Assembly: GCA_028023455.1 (NCBI GenBank)
Contig: JAQFVV010000002.1
Location: forward strand, 14,322,001 to 14,386,000
Origin: Epiperipatus broadwayi
Taxonomy: Eukaryota > Animalia > Onychophora
Length of the DNA: 64,000 nucleotides
Reading direction: 5' to 3'
Shown here in pieces: positions 13,096 through 25,090 of this stretch. A program made the position numbers and the translations under genes. Within the stretch, counting starts at the first letter, position 1, and each line of letters opens with the position of its first letter. The notes under the pieces are model-generated. The model worked only from the letters and a program-made list of their open reading frames with translations, did no database searches and was not told the DNA's origin.

Positions 13096-14189
13096 TATAC
13101 TAAATAATAAAATAATAATTTCTTGCACTATAATAAATTTTAGAATTAGTTTTAAGCTAGTTAAAATATAAGCCAAAATTAAACTAGTTCATAATGATAA
13201 ATTTTCAATAGCAGAGATTTTTATTTCTTTTTAGCTCATCTTTGTCAAAGAAGAAAACCTTAGCCTATTCAAATACAATCTTATGGCTTGTAATTCTTTC
13301 ATCTATACATACTGTAGAACTAAGATATTTTTAACTCTTATGAGCATATATTCTTTCATTAAACTCATATAATTTCTTTTAAAAACAAGGAATAATATAA
13401 ACAGCTCCAGGAGTGGTTTTTTTATTAACTTTAATGTATTATTCAATAAATTTATTAACCTTTTAACCGCTAATTATATTATTGGTTGTCTGAGGTATAA
13501 ATCAAAGCTTTTAATTGGCCAACTCACAAACTGAAGACAAAGCCAATTGTTAAAATATATTCACCTATAATATTAAATTCACTTCAGATTCGTTTATAAA
13601 AAGTATATTAATAATTTGTCAGGTTATGAAAGTGAACGAAAGTTCTTTCAAAAATAAATTACTATTTATTTATTATAAAATATTCAATTTCGGCAAATTT
13701 AAAAGCGAACATACAAACAAAGAGTTGCTGATGTAAATGCTTTTTTTTTTCAGTTTTACGTTATGGAAAAGTAAATATATTTTTTTGCTAAATCTTAAAT
13801 ATTTTTTGAAAATAATTTGGTTTTTTTAGTATATTTTATGAAAATGATTTGTAATTTCTCAAAATATACTTTTTTAATACTTTAAATCATATTTGAAATG
13901 AAAATCTCAGCGTTTTTATTTATTTTCTTTGATCAGGCGGTTTCTTTGTTCTTTCCAGCCATTCAGAATGTCTTTGTCGGCTGAGAGCCAATCACTGACA
14001 AGCTTATTTATTTGTTTAGCTTTAAACACCGTTTTATTGATTTTTTTACTTGTAAAATAATTCAGAAGAGGGCAGCATCTTACAGAACTTTTAAAAACCT
14101 ATCTAGTAAGCATAAAACGTCTATCCTAGTTAAAAATAACAGAATTAGAGTGACGTCAACTGTCGGGAGGTCTCGTAAGAGGCGGGCAA

Positions 14190-15870
14190 AAGATTAAAGT
14201 AATAACCTTCCTCCATGCTATTTACTTATTCCCAAACAAATTATAATTCTTTTTTACAATCTTATAAGAAGACAATTTTAAAAACAAAGAAATAAAATTG
14301 TTTTATTTTCACAGTTTTTAAAATTATTATTACCACAACTATAATTTCTATTAAACAAAATTCCTTTAATGAATTTAACAATAACTATTTCTTAGGAAAA
14401 AAATTTTTTCTCATGTGTCATAGCATCAGCCTGGAAGCGAACTCGCTAACCCGGGACAACTGCTTGTAAAGTAGCTGTCGCTGACCTCTCGACCACCAAT
14501 GCTTGTCATTATTTTTTAAATCTCTTTTCACTAATAAATCTAAAAACTTTAACAAAATCTATCCCCCCCCAATCAAAATGTGTTTTATAGAAGGATCATA
14601 TGTATTAAATAATTATTATAATTTATCCTTTTTCAGTACAATTATCAACATATCAAACAAATAATTTTAAATGTACAAATAATCATAATTAATAATTTTC
14701 TTTTACAAATAAATTACTGTAAATTAAACAAATCAAAGGAGAAATAATATAACCTATTACCCATTCTTTAATCTTCTAAAAAAAATTTATAAATAAAATG
14801 TATAAAATTTTCCAACAGCAAAGCAAATCTTTAATAACTTTAGTATTTTTTCCAGGCAAAGATTCATTATTAACTAACATCTAAATAAGAACTTCAATAC
14901 TGCTTACTTTTTTCAGATTATTACATATTTTTTCTATTGAAACTATCATGTAATCAATTATTATCCATTTTAAAATTATTCATTTTGAATGTGTACATTT
15001 AAAGTTGTTCGTAATGAAAAATAATACATTAGAATTATTAAATAAATTTAAGTTTTTTCTTTTCCTATAAAATTTATTTTAAAGGAGGGTTGTTAGATTT
15101 TATTAAAGTTTTTAGATTTATTAGCGATAAGAGATTTAAAAAATAGTTGTTTGGTATATAGTTATTATGTTACAAATGAGGATGTAAGATTATTAGATCG
15201 GATAGCTATCAGACTTTTACATACAATAATTCTTTAAGGAATTTTATTATAGAAATCAGAAATTAAATAATTCAGAAATGTCAATTTTAGAAAGATTACC
15301 TTAGTATTGGTTATTTTGATAAATTCATTAAGAATATTTTCTCAGTAGGAATTATAGTACTGATAATAATTTTAAAAATGTGAAAATAAAGAAAAATATT
15401 CTTTTTTTCTTTTTTTTTGCCTTTTAAATTTTCCTACAGGTTTTAAAAATGAATTCTAATTTGATTGGGAATAAGGTAGTATGGAGGAAGGATATTACTT
15501 TAAATAATTTATTGAATAATACAAAATAGAAATTTGATAAGACTATCATTCCTGGAATAATTTATATTATTCTTTGTATTGTAAGAAATTGTATATAGGT
15601 CTTAAGTAGTATGATCTTAAATAAAAAAGTAAATGTTCATAAAACCGGAGTAGAAAGTAAATATTTCAGTTCTGCATTATATATCCGTGAAGGAAATATT
15701 CCATAAGATTATATTTTAGAAGAGTATGATTGTCTTCTTTGGAAAGAAGATAAAAAGAAGAATTAAAGAATATATTATTGAAAATTCTTTATTCTGAAAC
15801 AATTAACTTAATAATTACTCTGATATTAAAGATAATTAGAATGTAATCGAGAATTATGGAAAATTAGTAT
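14190..15870. mobile_element. decayed Penelope-like element(s): inverted partial copy (about 14190-14640) plus + strand copy (about 15085-15870)
   Basis: About 14190-14640 is the reverse complement of about 15085-15510 (shared block ggaggaagg.tattacttta and the ttattag.ga.aagagatttaaaaaa block). The + copy carries KKVNVHKTGVESKYFSSALYIREG...GKKIKRRIKEY, resembling the GIY-YIG pattern KSGVY..C..C..YIGETGR.L.TRIKEH. Confidence 0.4.
14404..14505 (-). mobile_element. tRNA-derived SINE, copy 1
   Basis: Minus strand: A-box-like TGGTCGAGAGG, B-box-like AGTTCGCTTCC, 3' end gatgctatgacacatgagaaaaaa. Homologous to 17420-17524. Confidence 0.55.
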
Positions 15871-15871
15871 A

Positions 15872-16760
15872 CACCTGGGTCTCGTTTTATGCAGTGGATA
15901 GGTTCCTCGGAAAACACGCACAAAAGAAATCGCACAAAAATAGACTTAACTTACCTTAAAAGGGATTGTAATTTTCAGAAATCGCATAAAAGCAAAGCAA
16001 GAAGGAAAAATTACTTTAAAATTCACATTAAAAAAATAATGAAATAAAGTATGACTAATAAAAAATTTCAAATATTTGAAAAAAAGTAATACACGACAAA
16101 CTTTTTTTATTAACTACAGTAATTAATTTTACATTTTTTCATACATATTTTAATCATTAGCGATTGTTTGGCTATTTGACAATATGCGTTTGTTTGTGAA
16201 ATGTTAAGAAATCAGATTCGTCATGTGACATACAACTAGTGCCACTTTCAGTCTTGAGCTGAGTTCATGGTTTTTTGTTTCTATATTAAAAAAAAATGAG
16301 ATTGTAATCAAAACAAAATGATTATAGATTATCATTAGAAAGATTATTTTCAGTTTATAAAATCAATAAAATATTCGTTATTATTTATTTTAAAAATCTA
16401 AAAAATTATTTATTTCTGTTATAATTAACAAAATACATTTTAAAAGTTTAAAATTTTTGACTATTTATTGCGATATTTTTATATGTAAATATAAATCTAT
16501 TATTATTATTTACTCATTATTATAAGTAGGTTATTTACATAGAAGCTAATATTCTAAATACAGCTTCAGGCTATATTCACGTTAGCTGCTAATATAACGT
16601 TATATTTTTTAAGAAAAAGTATTTCAAGTCAAAATAAGTTATTAATAATTTAAATTTCTTGATATCTAATAAATATAGTGAAATATGAAAGATATTAAGA
16701 AGAAACACGAATCACAAGTTCAAAATCGCATTAAAATCCACATAAAACGAGACCCAGGTG
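15872..16760 (+). mobile_element. pogo/Tigger-like MITE, subfamily 2, copy B
   Basis: TA|CACCTGGGTCTCGTTTTATGC ... CATAAAACGAGACCCAGGTG|TA. Interior matches copy C. Confidence 0.9.
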
Positions 16761-17419
16761 TATATTTATGTTGTGTTTGTGTTTCTTTGCACTTGAGAAG
16801 TCTGAAGTCTGTCTTGGCAATGCAACTAGTGGTTTTTATATTTTGGCTAGTTTTTTAATTTTGAATTTTGTGAAATTTGTTTAATCTAATTAGTATAAAT
16901 GACATTAGAATCAACGATTTACATATCTTTCATTTTGTATATTTTTAAAATGTGTGAACCCTATAATGTGTTAAAATTAGGTAACCTGTTACTCAATTAG
17001 TTGATTATTCCAATAAAATATGTACTATATGGATTTGAATTATATAATTTTGTTAGTTTCTACTTTATATAATTATCAATTAACTTTTTGATTTGAAATG
17101 AGTCTTTTAGAGACTAGATTTGAATAGTGTCATTAATTTAAAAGAAGGCTTTAAGAGCATGACTTTCTTTCATTTTTTTTAAATCTAATGAAACAATTAG
17201 AAACAACAAATTACATAGAAAATACTTTACTTTTATAAAGCAAGATAACCATTTTATTTGTTTTAACCAATAAAAATAGCTTTTAATTAGTTGGTGCCAA
17301 TTTGTTTAAGGCTTGCAGCAGTAATGCATCACAGAATCAATCACCTATCACTAAATTTGTACATTAAATATTTGAGTAAATAAGACTTAATTGAAAACTC
17401 TAAAATATAATGGTTAAAC

Positions 17420-17524
17420 TTTTTTTTTTTTCCATATGTCATAACATCGGCCGGGAGGCGAACCCACAACCGTCTGCAACCATCTATTTGCTTGCAAGGC
17501 TGCGATCTTTCAGCTAACAACGCT
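17420..17524 (-). mobile_element. tRNA-derived SINE, copy 2
   Basis: Minus strand: B-box GGTTCGCCTCC, 3' end gatgttatgacatatgg followed by a poly(A) run. Homologous to 14404-14505. Confidence 0.55.
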
Positions 17525-18807
17525 TATTTGCTTTTATATATTACAGGGTACACATGCATTCTCACTAAGACTAATAAGAGTTAAATTATTATTGTATGTA
17601 AGCAAAATATCACAATAGAAAAGTCATTGATTCAAATAAAATAAGATTGCAATAGTTTAAATTATGTGTCAAAAAATAACATTAATAGAACACTTCTCAT
17701 CCAAATTTATTGTTTTTGTTTTTTTTATAGAGAGAAAATGAAATTATAGATATTCCCAATAACATTGCATTTTAGATTATAAGTCTGTCTTTTATAAATT
17801 CCAATAAGCCTAATATTAAAGTAATGAATTTAATATAATCTAAAGCTTGAGATTTTTATTTTCTTGTTTTAAATCAGTTAATTGGATAATTAGCTAGAGT
17901 TTATAATATATTTACTCAGTTCATTTGATAAAACAAATTTTACTATAAGGTTTGAACAGCAAATGACACAATCAGTTGCATTTATCTTTAGTGACATATC
18001 TTAATCATTTACAACAAAACTTAATTTATATGTCAAACAACTCTTTGTTTTCCTACCAGCAGATGATGATGTTTTTAATATTTTTCAAAAAGCAATTGAG
18101 TAAACTATTGCAGTGATCCAAATTATCATTTTATTTTATTTAAAATAAATATATATTCTATATGTAATAAAAGTAAATGTCCTTTGAATTTTCTTGTTGA
18201 AAGTTTGGGAAAAAATATTAATTGAACCTTCACTACCATAAACTTTCACATAAACAAAGCTATAATTCATTAATTCCATCCCCTTTTATTTATTTATAAA
18301 TCCACTTTTACTCTAAGTGAGTGAGGACAATTGGTGCCCCAAAATGCATATAAAAAACCTCACATAAGGAATGAGCACTTGTAATGCTTTCCTATGGGAA
18401 AGATTAATTTGTTAGTTTAAAGTTAAAATAGATAAAAATTTGATTAAAAAATTAAAGCTTAAATTGAAAAATGGGTTAATTAATGAAACATTTTATAAGC
18501 ATATTATTTTTTAAAAAATTTACTAACCTATGAGTAAAATACATTGTATAAAAACATTTTAGATAAATGAAGTGAAATTAAATAAAAATTTGATTAGGAA
18601 TGTAATGTACAGTTGATTGCTAAAGTTTATTAATATACATGATTAAATCTTTTTTTTTTTTACCAATACTAAAGGTGTATTTTTTTAACAGCCATCATTG
18701 TCAGAAACAAATTACAAGATTACTGATTTAAATTTGAGCATATAAATGATAATATTAATTTCTATTTAGTAACCTTAAATATATAAAGTTGATTATCTTT
18801 CAAAATA

Positions 18808-19716
18808 CACCTGGTGGGTCTCGTTTTATGCGGATTATTTTAATGTGATTTTGAAGTTATGCGATTCATGTTTCTTCTTACTATCTTTCATATTTCACTA
18901 TATTTATTAGATATGAAGAAATTTAAATTATTAATAACTTATTTTGACTTGAAATACTTGTTTTTTATTTCAAAAATATAACGTTGTATTAGCAGCTAAC
19001 GTGAATATGACCTGAAGCTGTATGTAAATAACTCATTTATACTAATGAGTAAATAATAATAATAGATTTATACTTACATATAAAAATATCGCAATAAATA
19101 TTCAAAAAATTTAAACTTTTAAAACGTATTTTGTTATATATAACAGAAATAAATAATCTTTTAGATTTTTAAAATCGTTTTTGAAGATTTTATAAACTGA
19201 AAATAATCTTTTTAATGATAATGTATAATCTTTTTGTTTTGATTACGATCTCATTTTTTTAACATAGAAACAAAACCATTAACACAGCACAAGACTGAAA
19301 ATGGTGCTAACAGGTTTCTCTGGGCATAATTGCTGAGAGATTCTTGATTTCATTTAAGGAGAAGCCACAATACGTCACATCGAATCTGATTTCTTATCAG
19401 TTTACAAACGTACGCTAGCGGCAATAATTAAAATATGTATGAAAAATGTAAAATTAAATACTGTAGTTAATAAAAAAAGTTTGTCTTGTATTATTTTTTT
19501 TCAAATATTTGAAATTTTTTATTAGTCAAATTTTATTTGCTTATTTTTTTAATGCGAATTTTAAAGTAATTTTTCCTTGTTGCTTTGCTTTTATGCGAAT
19601 TCTGAAAAATATAGAACCTATTCCCCATTTTTCAAGGAAGTTAAGTCTATTTTTGTGCAATTTTTTTTGCGGGTTTTCTGTGGAACCTATCTACCGCATA
19701 AAACGAGACCCAGGTG
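18808..19716 (-). mobile_element. pogo/Tigger-like MITE, subfamily 2, copy C (opposite orientation to B)
   Basis: TA|CACCTGGTGGGTCTCG (3-nt duplication in this TIR) ... CGAGACCCAGGTG|TA. Interior is the reverse complement of B. Confidence 0.9.
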
Positions 19717-21047
19717 TATAAATTTATTCACTCTCCTTGTGTATTATCAAAATATACATATCAAATTCTAGTTTTCATTAAAATTATCAATAATATATAT
19801 TAAATTCAAAGCTAGCAAAGTTAAATGTGGAATATAAAATGGGAATATAATTAATTTAACATAGATACAGAATTATGCTGAACGCATACACTTGTCAATG
19901 AACTTATATGTCATGAATAAATTACCATTAGTATTATTATCACGCATATACATTGAATTCAAATTTACATGGTTAGAAATTCAACTAGTTTTACATTGAT
20001 ATAACATTATTCTGAATGCATACAATTTATTCGTTAGTATTTAAATTGCAATAAAATTCATATTAATTACTCCTGAAAGTCATTAAAAGTTGATTATTAA
20101 CTGCATAATTCATAGAATCAATTTTTTTCCCCTCAAAATAATTTACAGTGATGATTAATATGTTTTTTGCCATAAGCAAAGTAACTTTCATAAGAATTTT
20201 CATCCATAATATTGATTGAGTGAATATATATTTTACCTGATGTACACATTTCAAAATTTAATATACTTGGTTATTATGCATGATCAACGCATATTTTTGA
20301 TTACTTACTGTACTGAATGAAACTGGCATTTTTTTTTACCTTTGTGGTTGTTAACTGATGAAAATCTTTATTTTGGAAATATAAAGATAAAGCATTGACT
20401 GTGTTGCAAAGACATTTGTTGAAAATCAGATAAAGTTTGTTAATCATAATTTAATTCTATAATTAATATAATATATATTGCATAATGGATTTATTTTCTG
20501 ATGATATGGCTTTAGTGAAATCATTATCCTATGACATTATCAATCTTACAAAGTGGCACTTATTTTTAAAAAGTTTTTTTTATTTTTTTTAAAGTTCATA
20601 ATAACGAATGGGTATAAATTGATGAAGATTGCTATTGTGAATCCTTACATAAAGATCCATTACTACCAGGGTAAAGGTGTACTATTTTAAAATGAATAAA
20701 TTATTGCAATTTGCACAAAATTACAAGTTCCTATTTTGAGATAGATTGTTGGTATACATCATTTTCCATCTTTCTGCCACAATTTATTCATTTCAATGTT
20801 TAGAACTATTTTTATACACTTTAAGCTCTGTAAATCATTAAAATTCATATGAGTAAAAATTATATATATAATTATTGACAAAGGACAAAAAACAACAACA
20901 ACATAGAAATAGAAGATAATTTGTTATTCTACTAATTTTATCAGCCTTAATTACATTCAGGTTACACCATTGTTTAGAATTAATTGATTTCTGGGGGGAA
21001 AAGAAAATTGAATTTTATAAGAGTACAAATTTTTATAAGATAATATT

Positions 21048-21602
21048 TGTTGTGTTTGGCTTCATTTACAGGTTCAGTTCCAAATCACCAGACAAATGAT
21101 GACACTTCTCAACAATTAATAGGTATAATTTATTAGTGACAAAAATATAAACACAATGTTAGTTAAAACATAAATATGGTCTATACAATTTAATGCTGAG
21201 GTAGTCGTGCTGAGTAATGGAACTCACTTCCAGCTATATAAGTAACCTGCCTCATGAGTTCCAGTATGACTTTCGGCTGTACAGTACAGCTTGCATCGAA
21301 TCGGCTGCGGATGTAGAAGTTTCCAGTCCTTAGCTGGACCTACCTCACTGCGTGGATGTTGCGATAATGCCTAGAGAAAATACCTTTGCTAATGGTAGAG
21401 GATTTATTGGAGAGCACGTTCAGTCATTCTGGTTGACAGAGGTAGTTGCTTTCTGCTTTGTCTCCAAAAAGGTTGACTATTTAATGGCAGATCCCCTACC
21501 TTACTGGAAACATTCGGATTATGGGTGCGAACCCCAATCAGGGATTTATCTCCATTGGATAGTGACCAGGTGATAGCCGATCAGGCAAGGTCAGATGTGA
21601 CA
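21048..21602 (-). repeat. 3' LTR of Gypsy element (555 bp)
   Basis: Direct repeat of 24491-25090, adjacent to the PPT. Confidence 0.9.
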
Positions 21603-21899
21603 TCCCTTCCCCTGGCTAAAATTAGCCCTGGAGGCACATTGTCCGCTTTGTTGGTGGCTTCCATTCATCGCTGTCCTTGGCTTCTTCGCTTAATGAAGTT
21701 CCTGAATGTTTGCTGCCACCGTTGCTTTGATATTTGTCTTTCCTGCTTTATGTACTTGTCCCAGGTTGGTTATTGCTTTTGTCAGCTTCTGTTGTGTGTT
21801 TGAGTCTTTGCTGTTTGAGGTGGTGATGATGTTGATGACCATCTTCTGTTTGCACAACAACAGTTTAGAGACCCTTTAGTTGAATCACCACTTCTGGTA

Positions 21900-23400
21900 T
21901 TTATTTTGTGTACCTATAATACATATGGCATAGTACTTTGTGTACCTATTTGGTGTTTTTATTTGTTTTTTCACTTATTCAAGTTTGGCATCAGGCTTCA
22001 GGATTGATAGCATAGTTTTTAAGGGTCTGTTGAATAACAGTTCTGCTGGAGTCTTCCCTGTTGCTGTGCTCGGTGTGGAGTGCTGCACTAGTAGAGTTCT
22101 GGCAATTCAGGTGTTCCAACTTCCCACATCCATTTTTGTTATCAACTTCTTGGCTTCTTGTACCAATCTTTTTGCCTGATCATTACTTTCAGGGTGGAAT
22201 GAAGGGCTGTTCTTGAGTTCGATATTATTAGTGCAGAAGGCTAAAATACACTAGCTGAAAAAGATGTTTCATTGTCAGTTACTAGTGTTTTAGACAAATA
22301 GCCTTTTCAGAGCTTCTATCGCGGCTGTGGAATGAAGAAATGGTACCTCCACAATCTCCAGCCACTGGGAGAATGAATCCACCACTATCAACAGCAGTTT
22401 GCCTTTCCATGGACCAGTATGATCCATATGGAGTCTAGACCAGGGCCATTCAGGTTTGGCCACTGGACTCTTGTCTTTGCTGGCATGCTTTGATTCTTCT
22501 TGCACTGCCAGCAGTGGTGGACTTTGGCTTCGATGTCAGCATTTAAGGTATGATCTTGCCAGCATCTTCATCCGTATTATCCCTGGGTGCCCATAATGCA
22601 ACAAACTGAGCACCTGGTAACATCCAGCTGGGGGAATTATAATTCTGGATCCCCACGTAATGCAGCCATATTCAGTTGAGAGATCCAACCTATGCATCCA
22701 GTAGGCTGAGTATAACTAAACTGGTTTTTTATTAGACCAACCCTGTTGAACCCATTTTTGTAGCTTTTGGAATCTCAGATCATTGTTAGTCCATCTTGCC
22801 ACTGACTTGCTGTTCAGTGGTATGGTTGGGTCTAGATCAATCATGTTAGTTGTTTGGCATGATGTTGGACTGTCTGCAGCCTCTGCAGGCAGTCGGCTCA
22901 ATGCATCTACGTGAGTGATATGCTCTCCCTCTATGTATTGAAGGATAAAGTCACAGCCTGATAGAAAATTGAACCACCACCACAGCATTCATAGCGAGTC
23001 ATACTGTGGGATTCCTTTATCAGATGCAGTGATTCTTACGAGGGCATTATAATCTGTTTGAAGTATAAATGGTCTCCCATAAAGGGAGTCGTGGAACTTT
23101 TTGGTGCTATTGATCAAAGTCAGGGCCTCTATCTATTTGAGCATAGTTTTTCTCTGCTCTAGAGAGGCACTTTGATGCAAAAGCAATAGGACTGTGTTCC
23201 ATCATTTATTTCTATGAGACAACACTGCTCCCGTTCCTATAGGTAATGCATCACAAGTCAGCACTAGTACCTTTCCAGGGTTGAAATGTGCTAGCACTGC
23301 AGTATGATATTAAATTTTTGAGTATTTTAAATGTTTGTGCTTACTGTCTCACTTCCATGCAGCTTTTTTGTCTAGTATCCTGTATAATGTGTGGTTCAGC
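21900..23400 (-). pseudogene. Gypsy pol remnant: RT connection/RNase H - integrase
   Basis: VLAHFNPGKVLVLTCDALPIGTGAVLSH..PIAFASK (RNase H), YIEGEHITHVDALSRLP, PEWPWSRLHMDHTGPWKGKLLLIVVDSFSQWLE (integrase core, K02A2.6-like) and HSTPSTATGKTPAELLFNR. Many stops and frameshifts. Confidence 0.9.
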
Positions 23401-23680
23401 AGTCTCCATTTTATAGTATCTCTGCATTATTATCAAGGGTTTAGGAGAAAAATACTCTTGAGAATTGTCAACACTCTGTCAAAATCCAGCTCAACTGGGG
23501 TTACAGCCATAGATTGAGACTTGAGAATATTAAAACGTCTGCGGACCTATAATGGTCATTAGAGTAGTTAACTTTACCTCAGGCAGCCTGTAGGTAAAAT
23601 ATCAAGTGTTCCTTATAATTTGACCAACTCTCAGGTTGAACCGGGTCAAAAACTTCCACAGAGCTGATTGCATTAGTCAT
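23400..23680 (-). pseudogene. Gypsy gag N-terminal remnant
   Basis: MTNAISSVEVFDPVQPESWSNYKEHL...IIGPQTF.ILKS...ILKSIFSPKPLIIMQRYY resembles the Mag-type gag N-terminus (FDP...W..Y.ERL...G..TY..L...F.PKP..I.QRF.F). Confidence 0.7.
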
Positions 23681-24490
23681 ATTTATTTATGCGAGATACC
23701 ACTCATAATTATTTTTAAATTTTATTCAGAGTTTCCACTCTTAATTTTTAATTTTACAACTACATTGTTATAACTCAACGAAGCTTTTAAACCACTAGGG
23801 TGAGATTTTGTCACTGTGTTGTGAGGAAAGCTCTCGTGATGGGTTATAGCTTCAAATTGACACACCTTTACGTTTGCGGTCAATTTTTATTTGAAACAAT
23901 TTTTAAGCGATGTTAATAATCACTGTAATGTAATTACGGCAATATTTTTTTGCAAAAAACGCAATATATGCATGCAGTCACGTATTTACGTCAGATTGAC
24001 CTTAGGTCAACATCGGTATGACAATAATCTCGGCCTCAGGGTGGCCTTTGAGCGCTCCATCTTCAGATTTTCAATTGGATGGACGGATGAAGAGCTGGAG
24101 TGTGGAGTAGATTGAAGCCTGTCCATTAAAGTAGGAGGATTTGCTATCTTAATATATATCTGAGCACTTGTAGCATATATGTGTAGAGATGGTAATCTGG
24201 ACCAATTGATGATTGCTGGTTTAGCATGAAATACGTATATTGGTGATTATTTATCTTTTCAACATATGTGTGTTCAGGTGTATCAGTGTTATGAGATAGT
24301 GTGGAGAGTGGTAGGTCATGTGAAAGTCTGTGCTCATACCCTGTCTATTTATATGTTTAACTATAATTTTTCCAGCCATGAGGGGAAAAATTTTTTTGTC
24401 TGACTGTGCCAGATCTGTTGAAACTAGCATATTTTATACTATAATTTTTCCAGCCGTGAGAGAAAAATTTTTCGTTGACTGTGCCAGATC

Positions 24491-25090
24491 TGTTGTGTTT
24501 GGCTTGATTTACAAGTTCGGGTCCAAACCAACAGACAAATGATGACACTACTCAACAATTAATATGTATAATTTATTAGTGACAAAAGTATACACACATG
24601 TTAGTTAATAAAACATATGAATATAGTCTATACAATTAAATGCTGAGGTAGTCATGCCGAGTAATTGAACTCACTTCCAGCTATATAAGCAGCCTGCCTC
24701 ATGTTTTCAAGTACAACTCCTGCTGTGCAGTACAGTTTGCCTCAAGTCGGCTCTAGTTCAGACTCTTCCAGCTGTGCAGGACAGCTTGCCTCGAGTCGGC
24801 TGCGGATGTTAGCAGTTTCCAGTCCTTAGGTGGACCTGCCTCACTGAGTGGACGTCATGATAATGACTAGAGAAAATACCTTTGCTGATGGCAGAGGATT
24901 CATTGGAGAGTACGTTCAGGTTGATAGAAGTAGTTGCTCTCTGCCTTGCCTCCAAAAAATCTGACTATTTAATGGCAGATCCCCTACCTTAATGGAAACA
25001 CTCGGATTATATATGCGAACCCCAACGAAGGATTTATCTCCATTGGATAGCAACCAGGTGCTAGCCCATCAGGCAAGGTCAGATATGACA
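24491..25090 (-). repeat. 5' LTR of Gypsy element (600 bp)
   Basis: Direct repeat of 21048-21602 with an extra internal duplication of about 45 bp near 24720-24790. Confidence 0.9.

Larger units (their letters stand above)
21048..25090 (-). mobile_element. internally deleted Ty3/Gypsy LTR retrotransposon (Mag / K02A2.6-like), 5-bp TSD ATATT
   Basis: Two LTRs (21048-21602 and 24491-25090, TGTTGTG...TGACA on +). ATATT at 21043-21047 and 25091-25095. PPT AGGGGAAGGGA (21603-21613, minus). PBS-like TGGCACAGTC starting at 24486 (minus). Gag, RNase H and integrase remnants in Gypsy order. Confidence 0.92.

Noticed and set aside
14055-14090. Hammerhead ribozyme in putative Penelope pseudo-LTR (tcagaagagggcagcatc...gaac)
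   Set aside because: The CUGANGA and GAAA cores are both mutated and stem II does not pair convincingly.
14404-14505. Functional tRNA gene
   Set aside because: No complete cloverleaf. It has an A-tail and a diverged homologue, so it was treated as a SINE.
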